63,702 nucleotides of DNA, filler included, from Octopus bimaculoides (GCF_001194135.2; 8 parts of 7 records of this genome joined end to end with filler, not necessarily neighbours in it); one strand, 5' to 3'. Shown: positions 1-12,134, numbered from the whole stretch's first letter. Notes: generated by a model from the sequence alone, not told the origin. Numbers and translations are program-made.

Positions 1-62
1 CTACCTTTGGTATTCGAGTACTATTTTTCCACCTTGTTTTGCATATGTGCTCACCTGTGTGT

Positions 63-102
<40 letters not shown>

Positions 103-339
103 ATATATCTTTCGCATTGCAGCCATTGGAATGAAGCCTACAAAGATTTCTCACCGATCATGTGGACACCAGGATATATTTCAGTGATAGGGACTTATTT
201 ATATCTTCACCGAACAGCTAAGTTACAGGACATACATAACATACATATAAACGCAGACACTCCATCTATGCATAACATTTTTATATATAAACTTAAGCCT
301 AGGTACACTGTACCAAAAACCGCTCGCTAACAATGAATA

Positions 340-598
340 TGTTGTTGGCACTCCGTCGCTTACGACGTCGAGGGTTCCAGTTGATCCGATCAACGGAACA
401 GCCTGCTCGTGAAATTAACGCATTTGTGGCTGAGCACTCCACAGCGTGATACAGTGTGACAAGGCTGACCCTTTGAATTACAGGCACAACAGAAACAGGA
501 AGTAAGAGTGAGAGAAAGTTGCGGTGAAAGAGTACAGCAGGGTTCGCCACCATCCCCTGCCGGAGCCTCGTGGAGCTTTAGGTGTTTTCGCTCAATAA
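340..598 (-). mobile_element. SINE body and 3' tail (probably tRNA-derived octopus OR-like family); head lost in the gap
   Basis: GC-richer non-coding block ending in an (ACA)-like tail on the minus strand; two tight 3' hairpins (354-367, 374-399); gap-proximal end TTATTGAGCGAAAACACC (minus) resembles the post-tRNA segment of the SINE head at 59374. The family name comes from recall and is unverified. Confidence 0.55.
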
Positions 599-1480
599 NN
601 NNNNNNNNNNNNNNNNNNNNNNNNNNNNNNNNNNNNNNNNNNNNNNNNNNNNNNNNNNNNNNNNNNNNNNNNNNNNNNNNNNNNNNNNNNNNNNNNNNNN
701 NNNNNNNNNNNNNNNNNNNNNNNNNNNNNNNNNNNNNNNNNNNNNNNNNNNNNNNNNNNNNNNNNNNNNNNNNNNNNNNNNNNNNNNNNNNNNNNNNNNN
801 NNNNNNNNNNNNNNNNNNNNNNNNNNNNNNNNNNNNNNNNNNNNNNNNNNNNNNNNNNNNNNNNNNNNNNNNNNNNNNNNNNNNNNNNNNNNNNNNNNNN
901 NNNNNNNNNNNNNNNNNNNNNNNNNNNNNNNNNNNNNNNNNNNNNNNNNNNNNNNNNNNNNNNNNNNNNNNNNNNNNNNNNNNNNNNNNNNNNNNNNNNN
1001 NNNNNNNNNNNNNNNNNNNNNNNNNNNNNNNNNNNNNNNNNNNNNNNNNNNNNNNNNNNNNNNNNNNNNNNNNNNNNNNNNNNNNNNNNNNNNNNNNNNN
1101 NNNNNNNNNNNNNNNNNNNNNNNNNNNNNNNNNNNNNNNNNNNNNNNNNNNNNNNNNNNNNNNNNNNNNNNNNNNNNNNNNNNNNNNNNNNNNNNNNNNN
1201 NNNNNNNNNNNNNNNNNNNNNNNNNNNNNNNNNNNNNNNNNNNNNNNNNNNNNNNNNNNNNNNNNNNNNNNNNNNNNNNNNNNNNNNNNNNNNNNNNNNN
1301 NNNNNNNNNNNNNNNNNNNNNNNNNNNNNNNNNNNNNNNNNNNNNNNNNNNNNNNNNNNNNNNNNNNNNNNNNNNNNNNNNNNNNNNNNNNNNNNNNNNN
1401 NNNNNNNNNNNNNNNNNNNNNNNNNNNNNNNNNNNNNNNNNNNNNNNNNCTACAGACACACACACACACACACACAGATA

Positions 1481-1644
1481 CGACGGGCTTCTTTCAATTT
1501 CCGTCTACCAAATCCACTCACAAGGCTTTGGTCAGCCCGAGGCTATAATAGAAGACACTTGCCCAAGGTGCCATGCAGAGGGACTGAACCCGGAACCATT
1601 TGGTTAGTAAACAAGCTACTTACCATTCAACCATTCCTGTGCCT
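1481..1644 (-). mobile_element. SINE family A, tRNA-like head half
   Basis: Reverse complement matches the head halves of the full copies at 33343-33740 and 39898-40304 (A/B-box-like motifs, ACCTTGGGCAAGTGTCTTCT, GAAAGAAGCCCGTCG). Confidence 0.9.
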
Positions 1645-1705
1645 GTATATGTACACATTTATTTATTTATAAGCTTATATTGTGGAAAAATTTGAGACCA
1701 TTAGT

Positions 1706-2162
1706 ATTATTATTGAGTTAGACAGCAGTGCATGCCATCAAAGTGGCACTGGTGTAAAATATACGAGGCCCAGTATACCCATCATGACTACCAGTCTGAT
1801 ACGGGTACACCAGGCACATGCATCATAACCATATGTGCGTGACATGGTAATCTAATATCAAGATAAACAGTCCATGACCTTGCTGCTGGGGTCCAGATAG
1901 AATTTTCTTCAGGTCGGGTAGACCATCCCTCCCAAAAGTTCCCTGAATAAGGGTTGTTTAAGGATGTTAAACGAAACACCCATGTTTCCAGAGGTGAAAT
2001 ATTCAAACCCCAAAGAATTCCTCTCGACACATGGTTATGATGCTCCCATACTACATCTGCTTGTGATCAGAAATGCACATATCGTCAACCACCGAGGGAC
2101 ATGCGCAACTAGTTAAGGTCAAGTAACTGACAGGCAGCTCTGTAGTATTGAGCAGAATATAT
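1706..2162. repeat. Probable interspersed repeat of unknown class abutting the Chapaev relic
   Basis: Non-coding block of distinct composition ending exactly where the transposase homology starts; single copy in this window, so repetitiveness rests on recall only. Confidence 0.3.
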
Positions 2163-3748
2163 TGCAAACAATATACAGAACATTTGTAACAATGGACCAA
2201 AGGGACAAGGAAAAGTATGAGGTCTGCTATATCAATGGTATGGCGGGATTCCTATCATCACATGAACGTCTGCTATTTTTGTAACCTAAATTTGAAGGGT
2301 ATTAACAGGAAAAATCGACAAACGCTGGTCTATCCTAATCTTCCCTCTGCTGTTAGACTGGTTCCGCACAGTGAAGAGCTTCCTGTTCCTGCCTTCAATG
2401 TCTTGCCTAAGATAACTTTACCTTCAACCAAAGAAGATTCATCACTTGAAGATGACACCAGAGATCAAGACTTTTCAGTTGAGACTTTACCTCAGCTATT
2501 CTCCCAAGTATAGCTGAATGATCTAGTTTGTGACTCGAACCCCACCAAAAGTTCTACAGAATTGTTGGCTTCTGAAGAATTCTGCAGAACTGTTGACTGA
2601 AAGTGAAGAATCTTCTAGAGAATGGTGTCCATATAACCTTTTATCGGAGTCGGCATGAAGAGTTCCTTTCTTTCTTCACAAAAGAGGGAGAACTGGTTTA
2701 CTGCAGAAATACCAGTGGGCTTCTTAATAAACTTGGCATTGCATTAAGAAATACAAACCAGAGGAATGGCGTCTTTTCATAGACAGCTCTAAGCATAGTT
2801 TAAAATGTGTATTGTTGCATAACGGAAATGTGTACAGCTCTGTCCCACTTGGCCACTCAACAACTCTGAAGGAAAAATATAAAGAAATTAAGTTGGTTTT
2901 AGAGAAGATACTGTATCATGATCATAAATGGGTCATCTGCGTTAACTTAAAGATAGTGAATTTTCTCATGGACAACAATGCTTTCCTTGCATGTGGGACA
3001 GTAAACCACTATGTTAGGAAAGACTGGCCGCCTCGAACAAATATGGCTCCATGTAGCTGCCAGTATATTGGAAGAATCTTTTGTTGAGCGAGATAAGATC
3101 ATTTTGCCCCCTTTGCACATCAAACTTGGATTGCTCAAGCAATTCGTCAAAGCTCTCAACAAAAATAGGGAGTGCTTCAAGTATATCTGCAGTGTATTTC
3201 CAGATCTGAGGATTGAAAAACTTAAAGCAGGGATTTTAATAGACCACAGATCCGTAAGCTCTTGAAGGATACAAATTTCATGGAAACGATGAGTGGAAAC
3301 GAAGCATCAGCTTGGCTAGCCTTTGCAGAAATAGTGCAAAATTTCCTTGAGAAACACAAAAGTGAAAACTAGAAAGACCTTGTTACCAACTTGATATTAA
3401 CATTTTCTGATATTGGCGCGATTATGAGCATCATAATGCACTATCTTTTTAATCATCTTGATCGTTTTCCTGAAAATCTCAGAGATGTTAGCGATGAACA
3501 AAAAGAACGATTCCATCAAGACATCAAATAGATGGAAACTCGGCACCAATCTTTGCCAATGCGCATTTTCAATTTTGAATTTTTATTTGTACTTTGTTTT
3601 ATTTTGTTACGCTCTCTTTATTGATTCATAGTATATGCCTCTTGTATGACTAAAATACTTACTCTATGAAGTCTAGTCAGAAAATAAGACCTGATAGAGA
3701 AAAACTGTAGATATTTTTGAATTTAGCAAGCAAAATCACTGCACAGTG
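2163..3748 (+). mobile_element. Chapaev (CMC superfamily) DNA transposon relic, 5'-truncated, disrupted transposase
   Basis: Frames stitch to CKQYTEHL*QWTKG..VWRDSYHHMNVCYFC..RLVPHSEELPVP (Chapa zinc-finger region), WRLFIDSSKHSLKCVLLHNGN, LPPLHIKLGLLKQFVKAL, KLKAGI and SDEQKERFHQDI; 3' end ...CAGTG at 3748; many stops and frameshifts. Confidence 0.8.
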
Positions 3749-3764
3749 TTTTCTTCGCTTTTTT

Positions 3765-5270
3765 TTTTGCCATTTTGTAATACCCGCTCCATACCAAAGT
3801 AATGCTATCGCCCACGTATTAACTGCTTGAATTTTATTCCATCCAGGCAATTTTGAGTGCAATACCAACCTCAGTCTTTGGAAATACCCCATCATCAGTT
3901 GCTCTTTCATCTCCTTTTCCATTATCTCGTTGAACTCTAGTACACCAAGGTATTTGTATCCTTCCGTTTCGATTTGTCTAATCAGGTTTTTGTTCGGTAA
4001 TTCTATCTCTGCTAGGGACTATATCTTGCCTCTTTTTAGGTAGATTATTCCGCACTCTTGTGTCCTAAAACAGCGGACCATGCTCATCAAGGAACTCACT
4101 TGAGTCGCATCGTTGCCACATAGTTTCAAATCATTCATGAAGAGGAGGTGGTTGATTGCTTGGGATTTTTCCTTTAGTTGGTAACCCAGGTTCATTTTCC
4201 TAAGTACCGAGGTCAGAGGTAGCATGCAGAGAACAAACAGCAACGGAGATCGGCTATCACACTGGAAAAGCTCTCTTCTGATACCCAGGATGCTCAGGCT
4301 TTTTCTGTAAAGTGTCACTTCAGTTTTCCATCCCACCACACTTCTTTTCAGGAAACACGTTTCATTCCACTAAATTCCAAACAGACCTGAGCACTCGCTG
4401 ATCCACGAATGTGGAATTATGTCATAAGCTTTGCGATAGTCAATCCAGGCTATTCCCAGATTTGGTCTCCTTCGCTTACAATCTTGCATTAACATTTTCT
4501 CTATCAATAGTTGATCTTTTGATTTTTAGTACCTCTGCATCTCTTATAGCCTTTTTGTTCGGGTGGTAATATATCGTTCTCATCCAGGAATTTATACAGT
4601 TCTTCTGCAATTCCTCCTGATAGTAACTTCCACATTAATTGGAGGCAGGAAATTAGTCTGTAATTGTCAGCAACATTTCCGTTTGATGTATCCTTCAGGC
4701 ACTGTTCGTCCTTTTGTCAACCAGCCCGGGATTTCTTCTTCGCCATTGATCAATGCATTAGATTGCTTTGCAGTCAATTTATGGCATCTACTGAACTTTT
4801 TTATTCAAAGTCCTTGTACACCATCAAGTGCTGCTGCTTTGCAATTGTTTATCTTTTTACTCATATTTCTGATACTGTCTTCTGTGAAGTGGATAGCCTC
4901 TTGCTGGGGATAAGAAGCTGTTTGCTTCAGACTGCAGAGCCATTCAGCTGCAGTACTATGTTGTTCTTGCTTACTCCATATCTTACCCTACAAAATTCGA
5001 TTTTCATCAGGCAATAATCTTATCACGTTTTTTATTATCATTGATCAGTTGGTTAAATCTTTTTTGGTCGGTCCTAAACAAATTGTTTTGCTGGTATTGC
5101 TTAATCCGTTGCTCAAACCTAGTTATCTTTGCTTTTTTTCTGTTTTTTTTTTGCATGTATGCGCTAATTTAGTTCTTCAATTATAACATTCAGGCCTTTT
5201 GTATCTACACCATACTCCTTCCTAACTTTTTCGAATTTCCATTCATTCTTAAGTTCTCCATTTCTTTTTC
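3765..5270 (-). mobile_element. R4/Dong-clade non-LTR retrotransposon RT relic
   Basis: Minus-strand motifs AWIDYRKAYDIIPHSWI, FQCDSRSPLLFVLCMLPL, INHLLFMNDLKL, GYKYLGVLE, NKIQAVNTWAIALLWYGAGI; upstream FEQRIKQYQQNNLFRTDQKRF; frameshifted; C-terminal endonuclease absent. Confidence 0.8.
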
Positions 5271-5329
5271 TTATTGTTGTTGTTGCTTATATTTATATGT
5301 ATGCATATATGTATATATGTATGTGTGTG

Positions 5330-5407
<78 letters not shown>

Positions 5408-5719
5408 TGTGCGTATGTATGAGTACGTGAATGTGCCTCTGTAGATAGATATAGCTATACAGATTTATTACACATATATACACACATACACATATGTATG
5501 TATACATACATATATGCATGTGTGTGCGTGTGTGTGCGTGTGTGTATGTGTGTGAATTGCACATAGTTCTGCAATCGTGCTTTGATCTGCAATCATATGT
5601 TTAAACTAAAAAAAATGCAACGTTGCGTAGTCACTATAACCTTTAAAACCACCATCTATACTCTGCTATATTCCATTTTTACCGGGACATTTTACGAAAT
5701 TATTATTATCAACATTGTC

Positions 5720-5732
5720 ATTATTATTATTA

Positions 5733-5782
<50 letters not shown>
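5720..5782. repeat. (ATT)n microsatellite
   Basis: Seen directly in the sequence. Confidence 0.95.
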
Positions 5783-7320
5783 TCCATTATTATTTTGCCT
5801 AGGCAGAGCCATGCTAATAACCTGGTATCTTAACATAGTATGCATATGCTTCAGAACAAACCGTCAATCGAGAACAGAGCAGTAAGAAGAAATTAAATAA
5901 ATGACAAGAAAATAAGAAATAACTCCATGAACTTCATTAGTCTAGAAAATTGGGCAAATACCCCAAGGAGACGATAAAAAACATGCCAGCAGACGTATTT
6001 ACNNNNNNNNNNNNNNNNNNNNNNNNNNNNNNNNNNNNNNNNNNNNNNNNNNNNNNNNNNNNNNNNNNNNNNNNNNNNNNNNNNNNNNNNNNNNNNNNNN
6101 NNNNNNNNNNNNNNNNNNNNNNNNNNNNNNNNNNNNNNNNNNNNNNNNNNNNNNNNNNNNNNNNNNNNNNNNNNNNNNNNNNNNNNNNNNNNNNNNNNNN
6201 NNNNNNNNNNNNNNNNNNNNNNNNNNNNNNNNNNNNNNNNNNNNNNNNNNNNNNNNNNNNNNNNNNNNNNNNNNNNNNNNNNNNNNNNNNNNNNNNNNNN
6301 NNNNNNNNNNNNNNNNNNNNNNNNNNNNNNNNNNNNNNNNNNNNNNNNNNNNNNNNNNNNNNNNNNNNNNNNNNNNNNNNNNNNNNNNNNNNNNNNNNNN
6401 NNNNNNNNNNNNNNNNNNNNNNNNNNNNNNNNNNNNNNNNNNNNNNNNNNNNNNNNNNNNNNNNNNNNNNNNNNNNNNNNNNNNNNNNNNNNNNNNNNNN
6501 NNNNNNNNNNNNNNNNNNNNNNNNNNNNNNNNNNNNNNNNNNNNNNNNNNNNNNNNNNNNNNNNNNNNNNNNNNNNNNNNNNNNNNNNNNNNNNNNNNNN
6601 NNNNNNNNNNNNNNNNNNNNNNNNNNNNNNNNNNNNNNNNNNNNNNNNNNNNNNNNNNNNNNNNNNNNNNNNNNNNNNNNNNNNNNNNNNNNNNNNNNNN
6701 NNNNNNNNNNNNNNNNNNNNNNNNNNNNNNNNNNNNNNNNNNNNNNNNNNNNNNNNTAAGGACATGACGTAACTACTGACGCGGGGCCTGGAAGAAATGT
6801 TGTGATTTGCAATTGGAGACTAGATCGATATATATATGTATATATATATATATATATACACATACACACACACACTCACATAAATACATACATGCATACA
6901 TATATACATACATACATACATACATATATTGAGAATTCAGCGGTTCGTTGCCTACGGACCGCCATTTTACATACTTCTAAACGCACGTATACACACACAG
7001 ACACAAGCGCACACGCATACACACACATTCACACACACACACACGCATACACACATGCACATGCACAAACACATACACATAAACGCACACACACAAACTC
7101 ACGCCTAGATGCAAATGGAAAGCTATAATAATGACACGCATGCTGCACAGTCGAACAAATACAAAGAAATGCGTTATACACAGGTGTGTGCGAATGCACA
7201 CCTACAGATGTGTGCATGGGCATGCGAAGTATTGTATGTGTGTATACATATGTATACAAATAAATATTGTATATACGTATGATTGTGTATATGTATATAT
7301 ATCTATATATAATATACACA

Positions 7321-7475
7321 CAGTTTCCGTCTATCAAATCCACTCACAAGGCTTCGGTCGGCCTGAGGCAAGAATATAGTAGAAGGCACACACGCAAGGT
7401 GTCACGCAGTGGGGCTGAACCCAGAACCATGTGGTTGGGAAGTAAGCTTCTTACCACACAGCCACGCTTGCGCCT
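7321..7475 (-). mobile_element. SINE family A, head half
   Basis: Matches the other family A heads in the window. Confidence 0.9.
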
Positions 7476-9107
7476 ATACATACATACATACATACACACA
7501 CACACGTTAGCTGCTCTAAATATGCTTTTAGATGTCAAAAGATGCCACAAACAATTTAACTAACCTAAAATTCGTTTACTCCCTTTTANNNNNNNNNNNN
7601 NNNNNNNNNNNNNNNNNNNNNNNNNNNNNNNNNNNNNNNNNNNNNNNNNNNNNNNNNNNNNNNNNNNNNNNNNNNNNNNNNNNNNNNNNNNNNNNNNNNN
7701 NNNNNNNNNNNNNNNNNNNNNNNNNNNNNNNNNNNNNNNNNNNNNNNNNNNNNNNNNNNNNNNNNNNNNNNNNNNNNNNNNNNNNNNNNNNNNNNNNNNN
7801 NNNNNNNNNNNNNNNNNNNNNNNNNNNNNNNNNNNNNNNNNNNNNNNNNNNNNNNNNNNNNNNNNNNNNNNNNNNNNNNNNNNNNNNNNNNNNNNNNNNN
7901 NNNNNNNNNNNNNNNNNNNNNNNNNNNNNNNNNNNNNNNNNNNNNNNNNNNNNNNNNNNNNNNNNNNNNNNNNNNNNNNNNNNNNNNNNNNNNNNNNNNN
8001 NNNNNNNNNNNNNNNNNNNNNNNNNNNNNNNNNNNNNNNNNNNNNNNNNNNNNNNNNNNNNNNNNNNNNNNNNNNNNNNNNNNNNNNNNNNNNNNNNNNN
8101 NNNNNNNNNNNNNNNNNNNNNNNNNNNNNNNNNNNNNNNNNNNNNNNNNNNNNNNNNNNNNNNNNNNNNNNNNNNNNNNNNNNNNNNNNNNNNNNNNNNN
8201 NNNNNNNNNNNNNNNNNNNNNNNNNNNNNNNNNNNNNNNNNNNNNNNNNNNNNNNNNNNNNNNNNNNNNNNNNNNNNNNNNNNNNNNNNNNNNNNNNNNN
8301 NNNNNNNNNNNNNNNNNNNNNNNNNNNNNNNNNNNNNNNNNNNNNNNNNNNNNNNNNNNNNNNNNNNNNNNNNNNNNNNNNNNNNNNNNNNNNNNNNNNN
8401 NNNNNNNNNNNNNNNNNNNNNNNNNNNNNNNNNNNNNNNNNNNNNNNNNNNNNNNNNNNNNNNNNNNNNNNNNNNNNNNNNNNNNNNNNNNNNNNNNNNN
8501 NNNNNNNNNNNNNNNNNNNTATGTAGGCGCAATGTAATATCATAAAGGAAAATTTCAATCGTTGCTAAATATGAGTGAGGGTGCCGAGACACCTATATTG
8601 CTAGAAATAGTTGTAGAATACGCCTGGTGCTGTAAGAAGAGCGCAAATGTATACACATACGCTGACAGGGGAAGTAACCGCGCCATGACCGAATCGAGAA
8701 TCTCTCAGATTAAACGTCTAGTTTCGCTTATTTCCGTACGCTTCGTCAGTGAGAGTCGCCCGATCGGCTGGTGTTGGCTAATTCCGCCAGTCAGCATATA
8801 GATGCATATACTATAGAAATCTATAGATGATTGAGCAGAATGCTAATGCGTATGCAAAAAAATTAATAAAAATACCTACGTCCAATATAATGCCATAAAG
8901 GAAAGAGTCAATCGTCACTAAATGTAACTAAGCATGTCGAGACACTTACATTGCTAGAAATAGGAGTAAAATACTCCTGGTGCTCTAGTATGTATGTATG
9001 CATGTATGTATGTATGTATGTATGTGTGTGTATGTATGTATGTATGTATGTATGTATGTATGTGTGTATGTATATTTATGTATAATTGATAATCTGCAGA
9101 ATTAACA

Positions 9108-9182
9108 GAGTGACTTATGAGCCGAGAGTTTTGTCCATTCGATAGGCGCCAGTAGACAACGCTCTCGACTCGTCAGTCACTC
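9108..9182. ncRNA. 75-nt hairpin, pre-miRNA-like candidate
   Basis: GAGTGACT-T-ATGAG-C-CGAGAG-TT-TTGTC / 19-nt loop / GACAA-CG-CTCTCG-A-CTCGT-C-AGTCACTC: 28-position stem with three isolated mismatches. Confidence 0.35.
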
Positions 9183-9302
9183 AGTTATTTTTGCCGATTA
9201 TGTATAACATAGATAGACTGATAGATAGAGGGTCCGACAGACAGACAAATAGCTAGCTAGCTAGGTAAACAGACATATAGACAGAGAGTCAGACAGACAG
9301 AC

Positions 9303-9356
<54 letters not shown>

Positions 9357-9822
9357 ATAGATAAATAGATAGATGGAAACACTCCACACGTAAGTACAGG
9401 ACCATTACATCTTCAGAAATATAGACATATCTTCAAGAAATCTTTAGAACGATATACAGAAGTTCTTCAAATTCTAACACAAACAGTTATTTGCATAGAT
9501 AAGATACATGCACAAATAAATGCGCTTACATACGCAAACATGCATAGACGTATATAACATAACTTATAATGCCTCACATGAATAAATGGTGTAATGTGTG
9601 CATGAAAATGCAGACATATAACACGGTTAACACACACACACACACATAAACATATCTTTGCACACACATAAACTTAGTTATACACACACAGACATACATT
9701 TACACATATTCACACACGCATGAATCTGCTTTTCCACCCATATAAAAACACATACTCTCTCACACACAGACGACCCAAAAATATCTATATACACATAAAC
9801 CGATTCACACACACACACACAC

Positions 9823-9922
9823 NNNNNNNNNNNNNNNNNNNNNNNNNNNNNNNNNNNNNNNNNNNNTTAATTAATTAANNNNNNNNNNNNNNNNNNNNNN
9901 NNNNNNNNNNNNNNNNNNNNNN
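9823..9922. other. Artificial 100-bp assembly spacer (44 N + TTAATTAATTAA + 44 N)
   Basis: Exact geometry repeated seven times; the 12-mer gives stops in all six frames. Confidence 0.95.
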
Positions 9923-10258
9923 TTTTTGTTCTATGTGTGCCATAAATATCGCCATCCACTTTAGAGAAAATTTGTAGTTTGGAATCAGTAGTTCTTTGAC
10001 TGCTATTTCTAAATTTTCAGTATGTTGGAGAAGCAACTCAATTGCTAATCCCTGTATATTTATAATGATAAATAGTCTTACCGATAAAGGTTTTTTTCAT
10101 ACTGAACTACTTGGCAGAATTGTTAATTATTAATTCTATTATTAATTGACGATTCTCTGCCCTTATTCTTGTAGATAGATAGATAGATAGATAGAAAGAT
10201 AGACAGACAGAGAGATAAATAGATAGATAGATAGAAAGATAGACAGACAGAGAGATAA

Positions 10259-10301
<43 letters not shown>

Positions 10302-10395
10302 GACAGACAGACAGATAGTCTGATACATAAATAGGTATATGAATGTAATTTTAAAGTCATCATAAGTGAAATAAGCATAATGTTTGAAACTCCTC

Positions 10396-10453
<58 letters not shown>

Positions 10454-11018
10454 ATGTGTGCATGTGTGTGTGTGTGTGTGTGTGTGTGAGAATAAATATA
10501 TACAAGTTTGGAAAAATAAACAATAGGTAAATAATAATGTAATACAAAAAATATATTAGTCTCCTGTCACAATCCTCATTGTTATTTTTATAATCACTAA
10601 TATTATTATTATTATTATTAGTAGTAGTAGTAGTAGTAGTATTAATGGTAGTATTAGCGAATTCATTATTACCATCGTTAATTTTAAAAGACTCATCATG
10701 ATATACTGGTTAATATTATTATTATTGATTTTGTATATTCCATGCGGAACAAAAAACAAAAAGAAAAGTATTAAACTATGATATAAATAGATAATGAAAT
10801 AAACAACAAATTCATGAAATTAAATAAAATAATTAAATAAAATAATGAGATTAAAAAAATATTTCTCAGAAATCTATCAAAGAATTTCAAAACCAAAAAA
10901 AAAACATTAAAAAAAATGGTAAAAAATACAAAATGCAAAACAAATATTGTAAACTAACAAAAACAACAGCAGACAAAAACAACTGCTATTAAAATAAAGA
11001 CTAATCAGAAGAAAATTA

Positions 11019-11049
<31 letters not shown>

Positions 11050-11554
11050 CAGTATTAAACAAATGCTTTTATTTAATATTTTTTTCTCTGATATTTAAAT
11101 TTAAAAAAACTAAAAAAAATTCTTTTACATGAGGGAGGGAGGGCGCAAATGGAAAGTGAAAATAAAAACAAGACCAAAGAAATATTAATTAAAGAAAAAA
11201 GTGAAATAGTTGCAGTAATTAGACAGACGCCATTAGGAACACCTTTAGACCAACCAACAACAACATAAACAACAACATTAGTATACAAGTATATGGAAAA
11301 TCATTGAAAAACACACTAAAGACTCTCTCTAAAGAAATTTGTGATATCCTATAGAAATAAATGAGAAAATAGATAAATAGATAAATGAATAATGCCAATG
11401 TTGAACATTATGGAATATCGAAATATCTCAGTTCAAAATATCTAGAAATTAGTTTGGTTAAGAGAAAGGTTGCATGCATGTACAGAGACTTATACAATAA
11501 TATACATACATACATACATGTGTGCATGCAAGTTTTTTTCATTCTTTCTCTCTG

Positions 11555-11698
11555 TTTATTTTCTCTTACGCCTTTTTGTTGAAGAGCATGGGCTCGAAAC
11601 GTAAAAGACTTTTTCATTTTCCCCGAGTGTCAAACTAATACACTTGCTTGTTGTTCATACACTTGTCCTCATCTTTTGTTTCTCTATAAATTTCAAAC

Positions 11699-11700
<2 letters not shown>
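11555..11700 (+). mobile_element. Short Penelope-like non-autonomous element (family P1) with hammerhead-like motif and (TA)n tail
   Basis: GAGC-ATGG-GCTC hairpin followed by GAAACGTA, flanked by CTTT/AAAG; decayed reverse copy at about 24100-24210. Confidence 0.5.
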
Positions 11701-11730
<30 letters not shown>

Positions 11731-11942
11731 CTGGAGTAAGCACATAAATGTACAAGGTGGAAAAAAGAGTACTCAAATACTAGAGGTAGAGTAATATGCT
11801 TTATTTAAAAGCAGCAGAAATATAACAAAAAACTGTTACTCAGAGTTTCACGTTCCCATTCATCGGACAGTTTTGTTAGAAAACTGTCCGATGAATGGGA
11901 ACAGTTTTTTGTTATATTTCTGCTGCTTTTAAATAAAGTATA
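11731..11942. mobile_element. Short inverted-repeat Penelope-like element (family P2)
   Basis: Arms 11799-11874 and 11880-11938 are reverse complements apart from a 17-nt deletion in the right arm; the outer end GGAGTAAGCACAT..ACAAGG recurs at 17011-17039. Confidence 0.65.
11829..11874 (-). ncRNA. Minimal type I hammerhead ribozyme candidate (GUA cleavage triplet)
   Basis: Minus strand: AAAACUGU-CCGAUGA-AUG GGAA CGU-GAAA-CUC U GAG-UA-ACAGUUUU; 8-bp stem I, 3-bp stem II with tetraloop, near-palindromic stem III; core has U4->C. Confidence 0.7.
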
Positions 11943-12134
11943 TACGTATGCATGCACGCACACTCACATATAGATAAGTATACATTGACTCTGAACAACA
12001 GTGGCATGCTATACAAGCTTGTCCAACCACAGTATTTTCAGAGGCATGAAACTAACTGTAGTTAGCATTTAAATTTTGAGTATATTAAATAATATATATA
12101 AACACATACACACATATCAATATATATATATATA

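Noticed and set aside
8530-9000. CRISPR-like or LTR-pair reading of the direct repeats
   Set aside because: Eukaryotic context, only two diverged units of about 105 bp, no TG..CA termini or TSD.
9867-9878. TTAATTAATTAA as a biological motif (homeodomain site or piggyBac target)
   Set aside because: Always centred in exactly 44+44 N; an assembly linker.
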